Shown: in pieces, positions 62,290 to 64,000 of the stretch | Numbering within the stretch: position 1 is the stretch's first letter | How the letters are laid out: each line of letters opens with the position of its first letter | Assembly (NCBI GenBank): GCA_964016885.1 | Contig: OZ024741.1 | Location: 168,454,001 to 168,518,000 of the forward strand | DNA length: 64,000 nucleotides | Direction of reading: 5' to 3' | Origin: Eledone cirrhosa | Taxonomy: Eukaryota | Translations under genes and position numbers: made by a program | The notes under the pieces: generated by a model | The model's input: only the letters and a program-made list of their open reading frames with translations | Database searches by the model: none | What the model was told of the DNA's origin: nothing

Positions 62290-62700
62290 ACGTTTTGTCA
62301 CCTTGGAAATATGTTGAATAGAGAAGGTGCATCAGACTCTGTGTGTGATAGTGTCTGGAATGAAATGTGGATGGAAGAAAATCCAGGAATTGAGTGGTGG
62401 AAAGGCAGGAAAGAATGGGAATGAGTAGAGAATTGCTGTGAGAGAGGAATACCGAAGTGCAGAGAATGATGGGAATAGAACCAGTGATAAATGTTGTGAA
62501 GAGAAATAGAATGAGATCATTAGGTCATGTCTTAAAAGAGGATGAATGTGATTGGGTGAGAGGAGTGATGGAAATAAATGTGGTAGGAAGTAGAGGAGGT
62601 AGAAGACCCTAAAAAGGAGCTAAAGTGATGGAAGAGGAAATGAAATCTATGGGATTGAAGAGAGATGCAGACAACTGGAAAAAATAGAGAGGTTTGTCAT
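62290..62700 (+). mobile_element. old RTE LINE remnant
   Basis: GWKKIQEL, VVKRNRMRSLGHVLKEDECDWVRGVMEINVVGSRGGRRP. Confidence 0.65.
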
Positions 62701-62899
62701 AGGGTTCATAAAACTAAGCGCTGTTTTAGCAAGAAGAAGGCATTAAAGTGCTTATTGTTAGATGTAGTTTTTCATGGTACCCAAAATGACATTGTGAGGG
62801 ACACCTAATTACAGTGCACAGCACAACTAGGTATATCACACTGCACACCAAATTACAGATTTGGACTGGAGTAATATGAAATAAAGTATATTGCTCATG

Positions 62900-63220
62900 A
62901 ATACAATACACTGACAGGAATCAAACTCACAAACTGAAAATTGTAAGTTGAACACCCTAAACCAATGGTTCTCAAAGTGTAAGGCTCAGCACATTATTTC
63001 ATATTGCTCCAGTCCATAAATCTGTCACAAAAAGAGTTGTACATTTAATTCAAAGGTCCAGCTTTGTCACACAGTTTCATGCTGAATCTCCCTGGAATTA
63101 GGTTCACAGTACATCTCTCTGTGCAGGGCTCAGCCACTTACATGTTCATTTCATGAAGCAGGCTGCTTCATTGATCGAACTACAGAAACACTTGGTGTTA
63201 GAACTAATGGAGGTCCAGCA
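62900..63220. mobile_element. SINE family B remnants
   Basis: atttcatattgctccagtcca, gctgaatctccctg and ctcagccacttacatg match the body of the family-B long form. Confidence 0.55.
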
Positions 63221-63662
63221 TGCACACACAAACACACACAAAAATAATCAATACCTATCATTTCACAGTAAACTATTCATATCTTCAGTTACAAGATGAA
63301 GAATGTTGAGGAACATATGTGTAATTTTCAAGAGAATCCTTCCCAATAGCTATGCCAATTAACATTGGGGATATTTAGAAATCTAGAACTTCAATCGAAT
63401 ATTTGGGCTATCTGGTATACTTTCAAAAACCTAATATACACAGACATACATACATATATGTATATTCATATATATATATATGCGTTTGTGTGCGTGTGTG
63501 TGTGTGTGTGTGTAATATTTATTATTAGCACAATTTAAAAGTTTAAGCAAACAATTTATACTTTCACCCCAAATCAGAATCTGAAACTGGGAAATATCAA
63601 TCTGTGGATGCAAAAGTGAATATTTCAAATATAAATATAGTTATATAAATATATATGTATAA

Positions 63663-63700
<38 letters not shown>

Positions 63701-64000
63701 TAGGAATTGTAACTTCAAGTTACTGTTGGTTCACCAAATTGACCACTCGATATGTAGTTACATCCTTTCCACTACGCAGAGTGTAAGGTTTGATCTCCAT
63801 AGATGGGTCCCAACTTTGGAATCAAAAGCTAATCAATCTCAAAACGCACGTCACATAAGCTTACTGATAATTTAACAACTCATCCCTACTTATTATTACT
63901 ATTATATATAAAAATATGTAAATGTATATATATATATATATGCATCTGGCACGGTGGGACACACCATGGTCACCCGCATAGTTAACCAAGTCGTACAGAA

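Overview
AT-rich, repeat-saturated eukaryotic DNA. The SINE and microsatellite content suggests a coleoid cephalopod such as an octopus, but this is pattern recognition only. No host protein-coding exon can be supported; the window reads as intronic or intergenic. It contains: six L1/Tx1-clade LINE copies (one near full length, with a zinc-knuckle ORF1 and an APE-RT ORF2); at least seven R4/Dong-type RLE LINE copies or remnants from several families; RTE LINE fragments; a Penelope-like remnant with a decayed hammerhead; two tRNA-derived SINE families; Tc1/mariner and TTAA MITEs; three minisatellites; and a 5' U2 snRNA fragment. The most interesting signal is an interlocking microsatellite-targeting retroelement system. 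(1) A Dong family and a Tx1 family end in opposite strands of the same (TAA/TTA)n repeat and are twice fused 5'-to-5' with no target sequence between them, which fits a two-element 'twin priming' event. (2) The dominant SINE shares its last ~30 nt with the Tx1 and has TSDs that all start ATTAT, and its tails seed new landing sites. (3) A second Dong family sits in (ACAT)n, and RTE ends abut (TA)n. All mechanisms are inferences from one window.
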